Positions 8,399 to 16,863 of a DNA stretch of 20,000 nt are shown piece by piece. Location: IMG/VR virus record IMGVR_UViG_3300025133_000081, one strand, 5' to 3'. Made by a program: the position numbers and the translations under genes. The first letter of the stretch is position 1. Every line of letters begins with the position of its first letter. The notes below the pieces were generated by a model. That model had not been told where the DNA came from. It saw nothing but the letters and a program-made list of their open reading frames with translations, and searched no databases. Source of the DNA: an uncultured virus (IMG/VR IMGVR_UViG_3300025133_000081). Its lineage: Duplodnaviria; Heunggongvirae; Uroviricota; Caudoviricetes; Crassvirales.

Positions 8399-8980
8399 AT
8401 GATAATCACAATTAATACTGATATATTAAAAAAACTAGGATTGTCTCCCAATGAATATGTTGTTCTAGCAGCAATGGTACAAGATGTTTCATTAGATTTA
8501 GGATTAGGGCTCTCTTATAGAAATTTAGTTACAAAGAAATTTGTTACTATAGATAAAAAAGGATTCAGCATTCCAACTCCAAAGGCTCAGAAGATATTTG
8601 ATATCCCTGTAAAAGGAGTTGTTAAAGCAAATGAAGGATCTAAGAAAGCTCCCTCTGCTGATTTTATAGAAAAATTTATAGAATTATTTCCAAAAGGAGT
8701 TAGAAGTGGAGGATATTTAGTACGTGGTACTAGAGGGACAATTAGAAGTAAGATCAGATCTTTCAAACGAAAGTATCCAGAGTATTCTGAAGATCTTATC
8801 CTAGAAGTAACAAAACGTTACGTAGAACGGAAAAGACGTGAAAGATTTCAATATATGATGTTAGCACCCTATTTCATTGAAAAAAATGGTGTATCAACAT
8901 TAGCTGCTGAATGTGAAGAACGTTTATCTGAACTTAAATCTGGAAATATAGATGACAAAGAGTGGGGCAGGGACATATAA
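8399..8980 (+). CDS. putative replication initiator / helicase-loader-like protein with N-terminal HTH
   Basis: LGLSPNEYVVL... wHTH-like start, C-terminal FIEKFIELFPK...YMMLAPYFIEK; lies directly before and overlaps dnaB. Function inferred from position. Confidence 0.55.
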   Translation: MIITINTDILKKLGLSPNEYVVLAAMVQDVSLDLGLGLSYRNLVTKKFVTIDKKGFSIPTPKAQKIFDIPVKGVVKANEGSKKAPSADFIEKFIELFPKGVRSGGYLVRGTRGTIRSKIRSFKRKYPEYSEDLILEVTKRYVERKRRERFQYMMLAPYFIEKNGVSTLAAECEERLSELKSGNIDDKEWGRDI

Positions 8981-10034
8981 AAGGGCATTTGATTCTATTA
9001 AAAGGAATCGAGATAGACAATTAGCTGGTAAAGTTAATTGTATTCCCTTTAAACTACCTCGATTTGAAAAATATGTACCAGGATTAGAGCCTAGAACTTA
9101 TACTATTGTGACAGCTTCGTCAGGAGTAGGTAAGTCTAAGTTATCAAAATTACTATATGTAATAAGAGCATACGAATATATGAAAGAGAATCCAGATTGT
9201 GGAATAAAGGTCAAGATCTTTTATTTCTGTTTGGAAGAGTACCGAGAGATATTTATGCAATCACTTATTATATATGAACTATACAGACGATATAAGAAAA
9301 GAATAGATATAAAACAATTGAATTCCATGTACCAGGGAAAGATCCTTGGAGAAGAGACCATAGAACAGATAGAACTTCTCAAGGAATATTTTGAGGAGAT
9401 GGAAAGAGATTGTCTTGTAATATATGATCGGGCTAAAAATCCTGATCACATATATAGAATACTTAAGGAGTATGCGGAAGCAAATGGTGATTGGCATGAG
9501 GGTCAATACATTCCAAAGGATCAAGAAGAACTTGTAGTTCCTATCTTTGATCATATCTCACTCCTTGAGCCAAATAAAGGGGAACGACTAATAGATGCAA
9601 TGGGTAGATTTTCTGCACAACATCTGGTTGATCTCCGTAATACCTATGGAATGTCACCGATCGCTGTTCAGCAGCAATCAGCAGATAAGGAGAGGCAAGT
9701 ATATACTTCTTCTGGTTCCTCAGTGGATTCAAAACTGGAACCATCTTTGGATGGTCTTGCAGATAATAAGAAGACACAGAGAGATGCTGATATGGTGATA
9801 GGTCTGTTTGCACCAGATAGATTTGAGATGGAACAACATCGAGGATATGATATCAAGGGTCTGCAGGACTCTTATCGATCCTTATCTGTTCTTAAGAATA
9901 GATATGGAGCAACCAACCTAAGAGTAGGACTATACTTTGATGGTGCTGTAGGGGAGTTCGCAGAACTTCCTAATGCAACAGATAAAGTTGAGATGAGTAA
10001 GGTATTAAAACATATAACTGGTTTAAATGGTTGA
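8952..10034 (+). CDS. dnaB: DnaB-like replicative helicase
   Basis: Walker A TASSGVGKS, FCLEE, Walker B PIFDHISL, VQQQ, RDAD, KNRYG. Confidence 0.9.
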   Translation: MTKSGAGTYKRAFDSIKRNRDRQLAGKVNCIPFKLPRFEKYVPGLEPRTYTIVTASSGVGKSKLSKLLYVIRAYEYMKENPDCGIKVKIFYFCLEEYREIFMQSLIIYELYRRYKKRIDIKQLNSMYQGKILGEETIEQIELLKEYFEEMERDCLVIYDRAKNPDHIYRILKEYAEANGDWHEGQYIPKDQEELVVPIFDHISLLEPNKGERLIDAMGRFSAQHLVDLRNTYGMSPIAVQQQSADKERQVYTSSGSSVDSKLEPSLDGLADNKKTQRDADMVIGLFAPDRFEMEQHRGYDIKGLQDSYRSLSVLKNRYGATNLRVGLYFDGAVGEFAELPNATDKVEMSKVLKHITGLNG

Positions 10035-10758
10035 ATTAGTATTACCGAAGAAGCCTGTAAAGGCTACTTCCACTAACCCAAGAAGGTTAGTAATATACTC
10101 TCCTCCTAAAATGGGAAAAACAACACTGTTATCACGACTACCTAATTGTTTGATCATCGATACTGAACGTGGATCTAGTTTTCTAGATGCTCTAAAGATC
10201 GAAGTCAATAATCTGGCAGAACTGAAGCAGGTAATTACCAAGATTGAGGAAGAGGGTAATCCTTATGATTATATAGCAATAGATACAGTGACAAGACTCG
10301 AAGAGATGGTCATGCCTCTTGCTGTAAAACTTTATAAAGACACTCCTATGGGGAAAAATTATAAAGGAGATGACGTTAGGAAACTCCCTAATGGAGCAGG
10401 ATACTTATATTTTAGAGAAGCACTGGATAAAGTGTTGAAAGATATAGAAAGTGTCTGTGGCAAAGGTCTTATCATAGCAGGTCATATCAAAGAGAAATTC
10501 CTAGAAAAAGCAGGAAAAGAAGTCTCGGCAAAAGATATTGATCTTACTGGTAAGAATCGTAGCATTGTCTGCTCTGATGCAGATGCTATTGGGTATTTAT
10601 TCAGAGATGGTAAGAATACTGTCTTGAATTTTGCTTCGTCAGAAGAAGTACTCTGTGGTTCCAGAGCAGCACATCTTAAAGGTCAACAGATCCTCCTGGG
10701 AGAGGATGTTGATGGTGAGTTAGTATCCCATTGGGATAAAGTATATCTCCCAGACTAA
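10027..10758 (+). CDS. AAA_24 / Sak4-like P-loop ATPase
   Basis: YSPPKMGKT Walker A, IIDTERGS, IAIDT Walker B, IIAGH, DAIGY; next to an SSB-like gene. Confidence 0.85.
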   Translation: MVELVLPKKPVKATSTNPRRLVIYSPPKMGKTTLLSRLPNCLIIDTERGSSFLDALKIEVNNLAELKQVITKIEEEGNPYDYIAIDTVTRLEEMVMPLAVKLYKDTPMGKNYKGDDVRKLPNGAGYLYFREALDKVLKDIESVCGKGLIIAGHIKEKFLEKAGKEVSAKDIDLTGKNRSIVCSDADAIGYLFRDGKNTVLNFASSEEVLCGSRAAHLKGQQILLGEDVDGELVSHWDKVYLPD

Positions 10759-10787
10759 GTAAAGGAACGATCATAGAAACAAAACAA

Positions 10788-11582
10788 ATGCAAATAGATT
10801 CTAGATCAAGTGAAGTTGGAGGAAGTCGTACATTGTACACAGGACTTCACAATATGAAGGTTATCGCAATTAACCCTACTGTAGCAGAATTAGAAGATAT
10901 GGGATATAATCCTCAGTTTGAACCTGAGTATATATCAGTATCAGAAGATGGCTTTCAGAAGGCAGTAGTTGATGTTTACTTTCAAAGTGATGAAGTATCA
11001 TTTCCAGTAAAGAGACGATTCTGGTTGGAAAACCGTATCAACGTTACAAGAGATGGTAATAAAACTGATTACATTGACGATTACACAGCTAATTCGTATG
11101 TTACAAGCGTAGAAGAGCTACCTACATGGGTAGATCAATCTACAGCTCGGCAGGCATTAGTTGGTGAAGCTCAATTACTTAAGTTTATTGCTGCATGGGC
11201 AAATATCAATCCCTTCCCTGATAAGGAAGGTAACCGTGCAATGTGTAAATTTGAAAACATTGATAAATTGTTTTCCAATGACACTAGTGAGATCCGTTCA
11301 ATCATGACGGGTGAAATTACTAAAGATAATTTAGTAAAATTACTATTGGATGTTATCGTAACAGAAGATGGTAAAAAGTTTCAAGATGTTTATCCATATT
11401 TCTTCGATCGAGCGGCATCTCGATCTACAAAAATGTGGGTTAAACGATTAGGTAATGATTATACTCAGTGTAAAGGAGACTATCAGAACTCTCTAGAGTT
11501 TCAAGAGTATACTGCAACAGCAGTAACTACTCCTGATGTACCTGACACTAAGACAGAGCCTACAACAGAAGCTCCTTGGTAA
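10788..11582 (+). CDS. putative single-stranded DNA-binding protein
   Basis: LYTG...KVIAINPT start, low-complexity acidic tail ending in aromatic (TTEAPW); located between Sak4-like ATPase and primase. Confidence 0.7.
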   Translation: MQIDSRSSEVGGSRTLYTGLHNMKVIAINPTVAELEDMGYNPQFEPEYISVSEDGFQKAVVDVYFQSDEVSFPVKRRFWLENRINVTRDGNKTDYIDDYTANSYVTSVEELPTWVDQSTARQALVGEAQLLKFIAAWANINPFPDKEGNRAMCKFENIDKLFSNDTSEIRSIMTGEITKDNLVKLLLDVIVTEDGKKFQDVYPYFFDRAASRSTKMWVKRLGNDYTQCKGDYQNSLEFQEYTATAVTTPDVPDTKTEPTTEAPW

Positions 11583-11583
11583 G

Positions 11584-12501
11584 ATGATCCAAGGTAGGGA
11601 TTCCAGGATTCCTCAAAAAGAGGATATTCTAAGTAAAGTCACTGAACTTCAAATATATAAACATTACTTCCCTGATTTACCTATTGGTGTAGTAACATCT
11701 TCTCCTTTTCGAGAGGATGGAACTCCATCTTTTATAATCAGAGTAAAAGATTCGTATACATATTTTATGGATTATGGTACAGGTGAAAAAGGAGATGTAA
11801 TTTCATTTGTAAAGAAGATTTATCCTGAGCTTACTCATGACCAACTATTACTAAAAGTTAAGGAGGACCTTTCCTCGGGCTATGTTCCACCAGTGGAATA
11901 TTGCAAAAGAAACGTAGTAATCGATTTGCTCATAAAGCGAAGGGACTTTACACCTGGAGACCTAACATTTTGGGAAAGATTTGGAGTAACTGCAAATACT
12001 TTGCGGTTATTCCGAGTCACTCCCATTTCTTTTTTCTGGGTCAATGGAACCCGTTTTACTTGTACAGAACCTGCATATGCTTATGATATAGGTGGAGAAT
12101 ATAAAATTTATAGACCTACTAAAGCAGATTACAGATTCATTGCAGGAGGAGTTAAGATACAAGGGATAGACCTATTACCTGATACACATGATATACTTAT
12201 AATTCAAAAGTCTTATAAGGATGTTATGGTGTGTTATGAATATGGTTATCCTGCTATTGCTCCTCAAAGTGAAACATCTCCTATACCAGAAGATATCATG
12301 AGAGACCTGAAAACCAGATTCAAACGTATTGTCATTCTATATGATAATGATGAAGCTGGTCTGAAGGCTGCTGATGAACTATCCAAAAAATATGATCTAG
12401 AATATATATATTTAGATAAAGCTAAGGATCTATCGGATCATGTCCAAGAATTTGGAAAAGAAGTAACTAAAGATATTTTAGAGAAGTTACTCAATGACTA
12501 A
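11584..12501 (+). CDS. DnaG-type (TOPRIM) primase with degenerate zinc-binding domain
   Basis: SPFREDGTPSF...FMDYGTG...GDVISF N-terminal domain; IIQKSYKDV and LYDNDEAG (DxD); KDLSD. ATG 11584 just after the SSB stop is preferred to 11536. Confidence 0.85.
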   Translation: MIQGRDSRIPQKEDILSKVTELQIYKHYFPDLPIGVVTSSPFREDGTPSFIIRVKDSYTYFMDYGTGEKGDVISFVKKIYPELTHDQLLLKVKEDLSSGYVPPVEYCKRNVVIDLLIKRRDFTPGDLTFWERFGVTANTLRLFRVTPISFFWVNGTRFTCTEPAYAYDIGGEYKIYRPTKADYRFIAGGVKIQGIDLLPDTHDILIIQKSYKDVMVCYEYGYPAIAPQSETSPIPEDIMRDLKTRFKRIVILYDNDEAGLKAADELSKKYDLEYIYLDKAKDLSDHVQEFGKEVTKDILEKLLND

Positions 12502-12844
12502 TAATAACAGAAGTAGAGGAAATAAATGGGAATTGGTCTGTATACAGGATCTTAAACCTATCTATCCTCAAGCAGTTTCTTCTAGAGCTGAAAGTAGAAA
12601 TCGTGATGCACAAAAGGTTGATATATGTTACACAGAACCTTTTAATTTCCAATGTAAAACAACTAAAGGAAAAATAAATTACGATGAAATAATTAAATCT
12701 ATGCCAGATGATGGTATAAATATAATTTTACATAAACAGACAGAGAAGAAAGGTAAACGTTTCTATGAGGTAGGAAGATATGCGATCTTACCTATGGAAG
12801 AATTAATGATGCTTATAGATGTCTATAAACAATCTAAAACTTAA
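12494..12844 (+). CDS. Holliday junction resolvase-like PD-(D/E)XK nuclease
   Basis: NRSRGNKWE N-terminal helix, VDI...FQCK catalytic pattern typical of Hjc-like resolvases. Confidence 0.75.
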   Translation: MTNNNRSRGNKWELVCIQDLKPIYPQAVSSRAESRNRDAQKVDICYTEPFNFQCKTTKGKINYDEIIKSMPDDGINIILHKQTEKKGKRFYEVGRYAILPMEELMMLIDVYKQSKT

Positions 12845-12853
12845 AAAACAAAA

Positions 12854-13087
12854 ATGAGAAATATCACAATTAAAGCAGGTATCGGTTCAGAGCCAAAGAC
12901 CTATAAAAGTGCAGCTAAGAATCTTTCTGAACTTAAAAAAGAAGTTACTGATATCCAGTGGTCAGGTCAAAGTGTACTTATCAAAGAGACCCGTACACAG
13001 GTTACCAGTGATGTTCAGGCTTTTCCTGATACAGACTGTACACTTCTTTTATCACCTTCTAGAATGAAGGCAGGAGACAAAAAATAA
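12854..13087 (+). CDS. putative ubiquitin-like (beta-grasp) protein with C-terminal extension
   Basis: 77 aa; strand-strand-helix pattern (NITIK, TYKS, KNLSELKKEV), final hydrophobic strand CTLLLSP then RMKAG74-DKK; first gene before E2, JAB and E1 genes. Fold is inferred. Confidence 0.7.
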   Translation: MRNITIKAGIGSEPKTYKSAAKNLSELKKEVTDIQWSGQSVLIKETRTQVTSDVQAFPDTDCTLLLSPSRMKAGDKK

Positions 13088-13102
13088 GTAACATATAAAA
13101 AT

Positions 13103-13140
13103 ATTCTGAGTTGGGGTAATACCTGACTCAGAATTTTATA
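13103..13140 (+). terminator. stem-loop between Ubl and E2 genes (leaky terminator or mRNA-stabilising hairpin)
   Basis: ATTCTGAGT (13103-13111) pairs with ACTCAGAAT (13126-13134), extendable inward with G-U pairs; followed by TTTATA. Confidence 0.65.
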
Positions 13141-13149
13141 TAATAATTT

Positions 13150-14292
13150 ATGAAAATAAATTCAAAAAAAGCAGATCAGATCTTTCATGATGTAGGTAAT
13201 ACTAGATTTACATGGTTCAAAGCCAGTAATTGTATGGGGGCTAAATCTATTTTAGATAAAAATGATTATTCTGATCCAGAAGGAAATTGTTCAGCAAATG
13301 ATGCTAAGGCTTTTATGAAGAATATAAAAGAATTAGGTCCTTTTATGACACAGGCAGAAGAGATCTTTGGAAAAGGAAATGTTACTATAACTCAATTGGA
13401 CATGTATCCAACTGGAAAGATTATCCGTATAGATAGTTTACAGGTACAATGTCTGATTCCAGAATTAACCATACGTAATGAGTATGATACTACTCATACT
13501 ATAAGAGATCTTGTAGTAGTATTTAAAGCTAATAGAGACGAAAATAAAAGATGGGTCCTCTATGATATGTGTGGATATAGGTTAAATAGAAGTGCAGGTG
13601 AAGTTATCAGAGGCTATGTTCATTCGCATCTTCATACAGGTAGAGGACATAACTCTGGTAATGGTTTCTGTTTAGGAGATTCTGAAATGAATGATATCAT
13701 GTCAGGGTGTGATAAATATGCAGAAGATGAACTTGATTTTGTCTTTAACTATGTACATACCTTTGCATGTACTGAATCCATTGATGGAGTTCCTTATATT
13801 GAATTACAGGAAGTGATCGATGTAACACAGACCTTAGGTCATTTGGATGTAGGTCATATGGAGATCAACAATACAGATGTTATACAGACAATAGAATCTT
13901 TAACAACTAAAAATACTTTTCCAACTGCTGGAAATGTAGATCAAAATGGACGAGAGAACTTACATGTTACTATAGATACTGCTTTTATGACAAATATCAA
14001 AAAGTATGCTCCTAAACATTTATGTCAAGCTTCTTTATTAACTTTAGATAATTATACAGACCATGTTAAAAGATATGCAGGATATGCAAGTGCTGATCCA
14101 TTTTCTTTAGCATATCCAATTATGTTTAATAAGGTACTATATGAAAAACAAGGAATATATTTACTTCCAGATGAAGAAGAGTATGTAGTAAATTCACAGA
14201 AAGGAGAGGGAGAGAATATAATGACCATGACAACTGCTAATACATTAGCAACAAGATGTGTAAAAACAATGAACGCAATAATTAATTACTAA
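13150..14292 (+). CDS. putative prokaryotic E2 (UBC-fold) conjugating enzyme
   Basis: YVH158SHL...GNGFC174LG matches the HPH/N...xCLG active-site signature of prokaryotic E2 families; flanked by Ubl and JAB genes. Confidence 0.7.
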   Translation: MKINSKKADQIFHDVGNTRFTWFKASNCMGAKSILDKNDYSDPEGNCSANDAKAFMKNIKELGPFMTQAEEIFGKGNVTITQLDMYPTGKIIRIDSLQVQCLIPELTIRNEYDTTHTIRDLVVVFKANRDENKRWVLYDMCGYRLNRSAGEVIRGYVHSHLHTGRGHNSGNGFCLGDSEMNDIMSGCDKYAEDELDFVFNYVHTFACTESIDGVPYIELQEVIDVTQTLGHLDVGHMEINNTDVIQTIESLTTKNTFPTAGNVDQNGRENLHVTIDTAFMTNIKKYAPKHLCQASLLTLDNYTDHVKRYAGYASADPFSLAYPIMFNKVLYEKQGIYLLPDEEEYVVNSQKGEGENIMTMTTANTLATRCVKTMNAIINY

Positions 14293-15474
14293 ATGAGTAC
14301 AAAAGGACAATTTAAGGCATCTTTGCCTGTAAAAGAGATGGATACTAATTTCACTCTTATCGTAGATAAGGATCTACAAGCAGAAATAGCATATTTACAT
14401 GCACAACATAAGGATGTTGAATGGTGTGGAATGTTACATTATGAAATAGAAGAGGGTACATTGGCTGATCCAGAAAAATTGGTAGTAAGAGCTAGGAAGA
14501 TCTATGTGATCGATGTAGGAAGTGCTGCTTATACAGAAGGAGAAGTTGATGCAGGAATCATTGATTTCTATGAAGAATTCCCTGAATGTGAGAACATGAA
14601 AGTAGGATTTATTCATACTCATCACGGTATGAATTGCTTCTTTTCAGGAACAGACAAGCAAGAATTACATGATAATACTCAATTCTACAATTATTACTTA
14701 TCATTGATTGTAAATCATGAGAGTTCTTATTGTGCAAAGATAGCATGTATTGCAGAAGGAAAAGAATCTTACATCAAGTGGGACGATGGTAAGAAGATCA
14801 AAATGGGTGCAAACAACAAAACAATGTTTACATTTGATGCTGACATTCAATTTGATGTACCAGAAAGTTTCAAAGATCGTCATGCTTTCTTAAAGCCTGC
14901 ACCTTCTCCTACAACTACCTATGGAAGTAGTTATGGAAGTGGTTACGGGTATAGTAGTGAAAGTTGGGGGAGACCTAGTGTAAGTGTTGCCTCAACTTCA
15001 ACCAGTAGCAAATCCGAAAAGAAAGAACTTAAACAATATACAATGTTTGAGTTGGAAAGATTGGATAATGATGAGATCTTTGATCTTTTCAAGATAAATG
15101 TTACTAAACAAAAACTAGATCAAACTCTTGCCATGATCTATAATGGTGGAATGAGAACTGGTTTCTTGACAAAATCTGTAATTTTACAGACCATTGAAAA
15201 ATTTGATAAGATGCATGCAGATAATGTAGTTGCTGCAGCAGACAAATTAGTTGATGAAGTATACGGTATTATTCATAAAGAGTTTAATGTATATACAGTA
15301 GATGATGCATATAAGGCAATCGTAATGGCTGCTATTGCTGATCATCTATGTGATCTTAATAAAGATCTTTTACTAGAGATCAATTCTAAGGAGGATATTC
15401 TTACTCCTTTGATCTCAGAAGAGCTTTACAAGATATATATGTCAGACGTACAAACAACAGCTAGCGGATGGTAG
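14293..15474 (+). CDS. JAB/MPN+ (JAMM) metallopeptidase with long C-terminal extension
   Basis: E43 (VEWCG) plus H108-T-H110-x7-S118-xx-D121 (GFIHTHHGMNCFFSGTD), a complete JAMM motif. Confidence 0.9.
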   Translation: MSTKGQFKASLPVKEMDTNFTLIVDKDLQAEIAYLHAQHKDVEWCGMLHYEIEEGTLADPEKLVVRARKIYVIDVGSAAYTEGEVDAGIIDFYEEFPECENMKVGFIHTHHGMNCFFSGTDKQELHDNTQFYNYYLSLIVNHESSYCAKIACIAEGKESYIKWDDGKKIKMGANNKTMFTFDADIQFDVPESFKDRHAFLKPAPSPTTTYGSSYGSGYGYSSESWGRPSVSVASTSTSSKSEKKELKQYTMFELERLDNDEIFDLFKINVTKQKLDQTLAMIYNGGMRTGFLTKSVILQTIEKFDKMHADNVVAAADKLVDEVYGIIHKEFNVYTVDDAYKAIVMAAIADHLCDLNKDLLLEINSKEDILTPLISEELYKIYMSDVQTTASGW

Positions 15475-16211
15475 AAGAAAAGAAAGAATCAGTAGCAAAG
15501 AAATTTGCTCGCTTCAAAGACAGTGAATGGTTTGGAGTTAAACACAAAGCAGTAATCGGTGGAGTAGGGGGAATCGGGTCATGGTTCTCCCTCCTCTTCA
15601 TGAGGACTGGAGATCATACATGTGTAGTATATGATATGGATACCATAGAAGATACTAATATGGCAGGACAACTTTATTCAGACCAAGATATTGGTAAGAA
15701 AAAAGTTGATGCTATGCAAGAACATGTAAAACAATTTGCAGGAGCAGATGTAAAGTTTCATGCAATAAATGATAAGATCACTGCTGAGAATTGTCATAGA
15801 GCACCTTTAATGATCTCATGTTTTGATAACATGGAAGCAAGAAAGGTATTCTTTGAGCATTGGAAAGCAGATTTCGCAGAATTTCCAGACAAGGATCCTT
15901 CTGAATATTTATTTGTAGATGGACGGATGAATGCAGAGAATTTTCAATTATTCTTTGTAACTCCTGAAAATGCAAAACATTATGAAGAAAATTTCTTATA
16001 TGGAGATGGTGATGTACCAGATCTTGCATGTAGTTTCAAAGCTACATCACATACAGCAGCAATGTTGTCTGCTAAAATGGTAACAGGTATAACTAATTGG
16101 ACAGGTAATAATAAAACAGGAGTTGACTCTAGAGTTGTTCCTTATTTTTATCAATATGACCTGGCCTTTATGATGGAAAGAGTATATGAATATCCAAGGG
16201 ACATTATATAA
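15468..16211 (+). CDS. ThiF/MoeB/E1-family adenylating enzyme
   Basis: N-terminal ARF, GGVGGIGS nucleotide-binding loop, YDMDTIEDTNMAGQ, IGKKKV, CFDNMEAR, VDGR; candidate catalytic C188 (DLACS). Confidence 0.92.
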   Translation: MVEEKKESVAKKFARFKDSEWFGVKHKAVIGGVGGIGSWFSLLFMRTGDHTCVVYDMDTIEDTNMAGQLYSDQDIGKKKVDAMQEHVKQFAGADVKFHAINDKITAENCHRAPLMISCFDNMEARKVFFEHWKADFAEFPDKDPSEYLFVDGRMNAENFQLFFVTPENAKHYEENFLYGDGDVPDLACSFKATSHTAAMLSAKMVTGITNWTGNNKTGVDSRVVPYFYQYDLAFMMERVYEYPRDII

Positions 16212-16863
16212 CGGAAGTATGACAAAAAGTAGATTAGATTCTACTGTAATGTCATTATCTGCTACAAGATATAATCCAGTAAAAATAGAGTTTAATAGAG
16301 ATGCAAAAATTATTCCTTTATTTGCTTTATCAGATACACCAGTAATATGGAGAGATGATTTTAATGATGATAGGTTTCATGAGACACGTAAAACAACTTA
16401 TAAAGATATGATACAATGTGGTTTACAAAATAAAAACATAAGTAAGATCATGTTATATAATAGTCGTATAAGTGTTTATTGTCAACATGGTTGTATATTT
16501 AATAATGCTTCTACTGTTCTATATACTATAATGACTCCTAATACTGCAGCAAATGCTTATATGATTCAAAAAGAAAATCGATTGAACAAAGCAATTGGTT
16601 CAAATAGTTTTCAATTACCTAGAGGAAGTTTTGTAGGATATAATGATCGTATAAGAGTTGCAACTGGTGAATACCATGGATTATATTCTCCTGTAAAACA
16701 ATTTGCAAAACAATATGGATTAGAAGTTCATCCTGTAACTTTTCGTAACTTAGTTAAAAATCCTTTACCTGTTCCAAAAGATTTTGAAGAAATTGCAGCT
16801 CAGCCTGAATATCTGAGAAATTTAGTACATGAAGAGATAAAGAAAGCTAAACAGATAATTTAA
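16186..16863 (+). CDS. hypothetical protein coupled to the E1 gene (225 aa)
   Basis: Overlaps the E1 3' end by 26 nt; TAATG overlap with the next gene; no RING or other motif recognised. Confidence 0.75.
   Translation: MNIQGTLYNGSMTKSRLDSTVMSLSATRYNPVKIEFNRDAKIIPLFALSDTPVIWRDDFNDDRFHETRKTTYKDMIQCGLQNKNISKIMLYNSRISVYCQHGCIFNNASTVLYTIMTPNTAANAYMIQKENRLNKAIGSNSFQLPRGSFVGYNDRIRVATGEYHGLYSPVKQFAKQYGLEVHPVTFRNLVKNPLPVPKDFEEIAAQPEYLRNLVHEEIKKAKQII

Noticed and set aside
4907..10034. Inteins, introns or homing endonucleases in polA, helicase or dnaB
   Set aside because: Motif spacing and lengths are normal; no intein terminal or LAGLIDADG/HNH motifs seen.
2521..16029. Minus-strand and nested ORFs in the track (e.g. 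2521-2829, 5164-5388, 7015-7338, 7642-8049, 9279-9856, 9595-9798, 11901-12086, 14434-14883, 15778-16029)
   Set aside because: All overlap well-supported plus-strand genes and have no motifs; treated as shadow ORFs.
15468..16211. ThiF as a thiamine or molybdopterin biosynthesis gene
   Set aside because: No thiG, moaE, cysteine desulfurase or rhodanese in the window; neighbours are E2-like and JAB genes.
16186..16863. RING-type E3 ligase
   Set aside because: Too few Cys/His and no cross-brace spacing.
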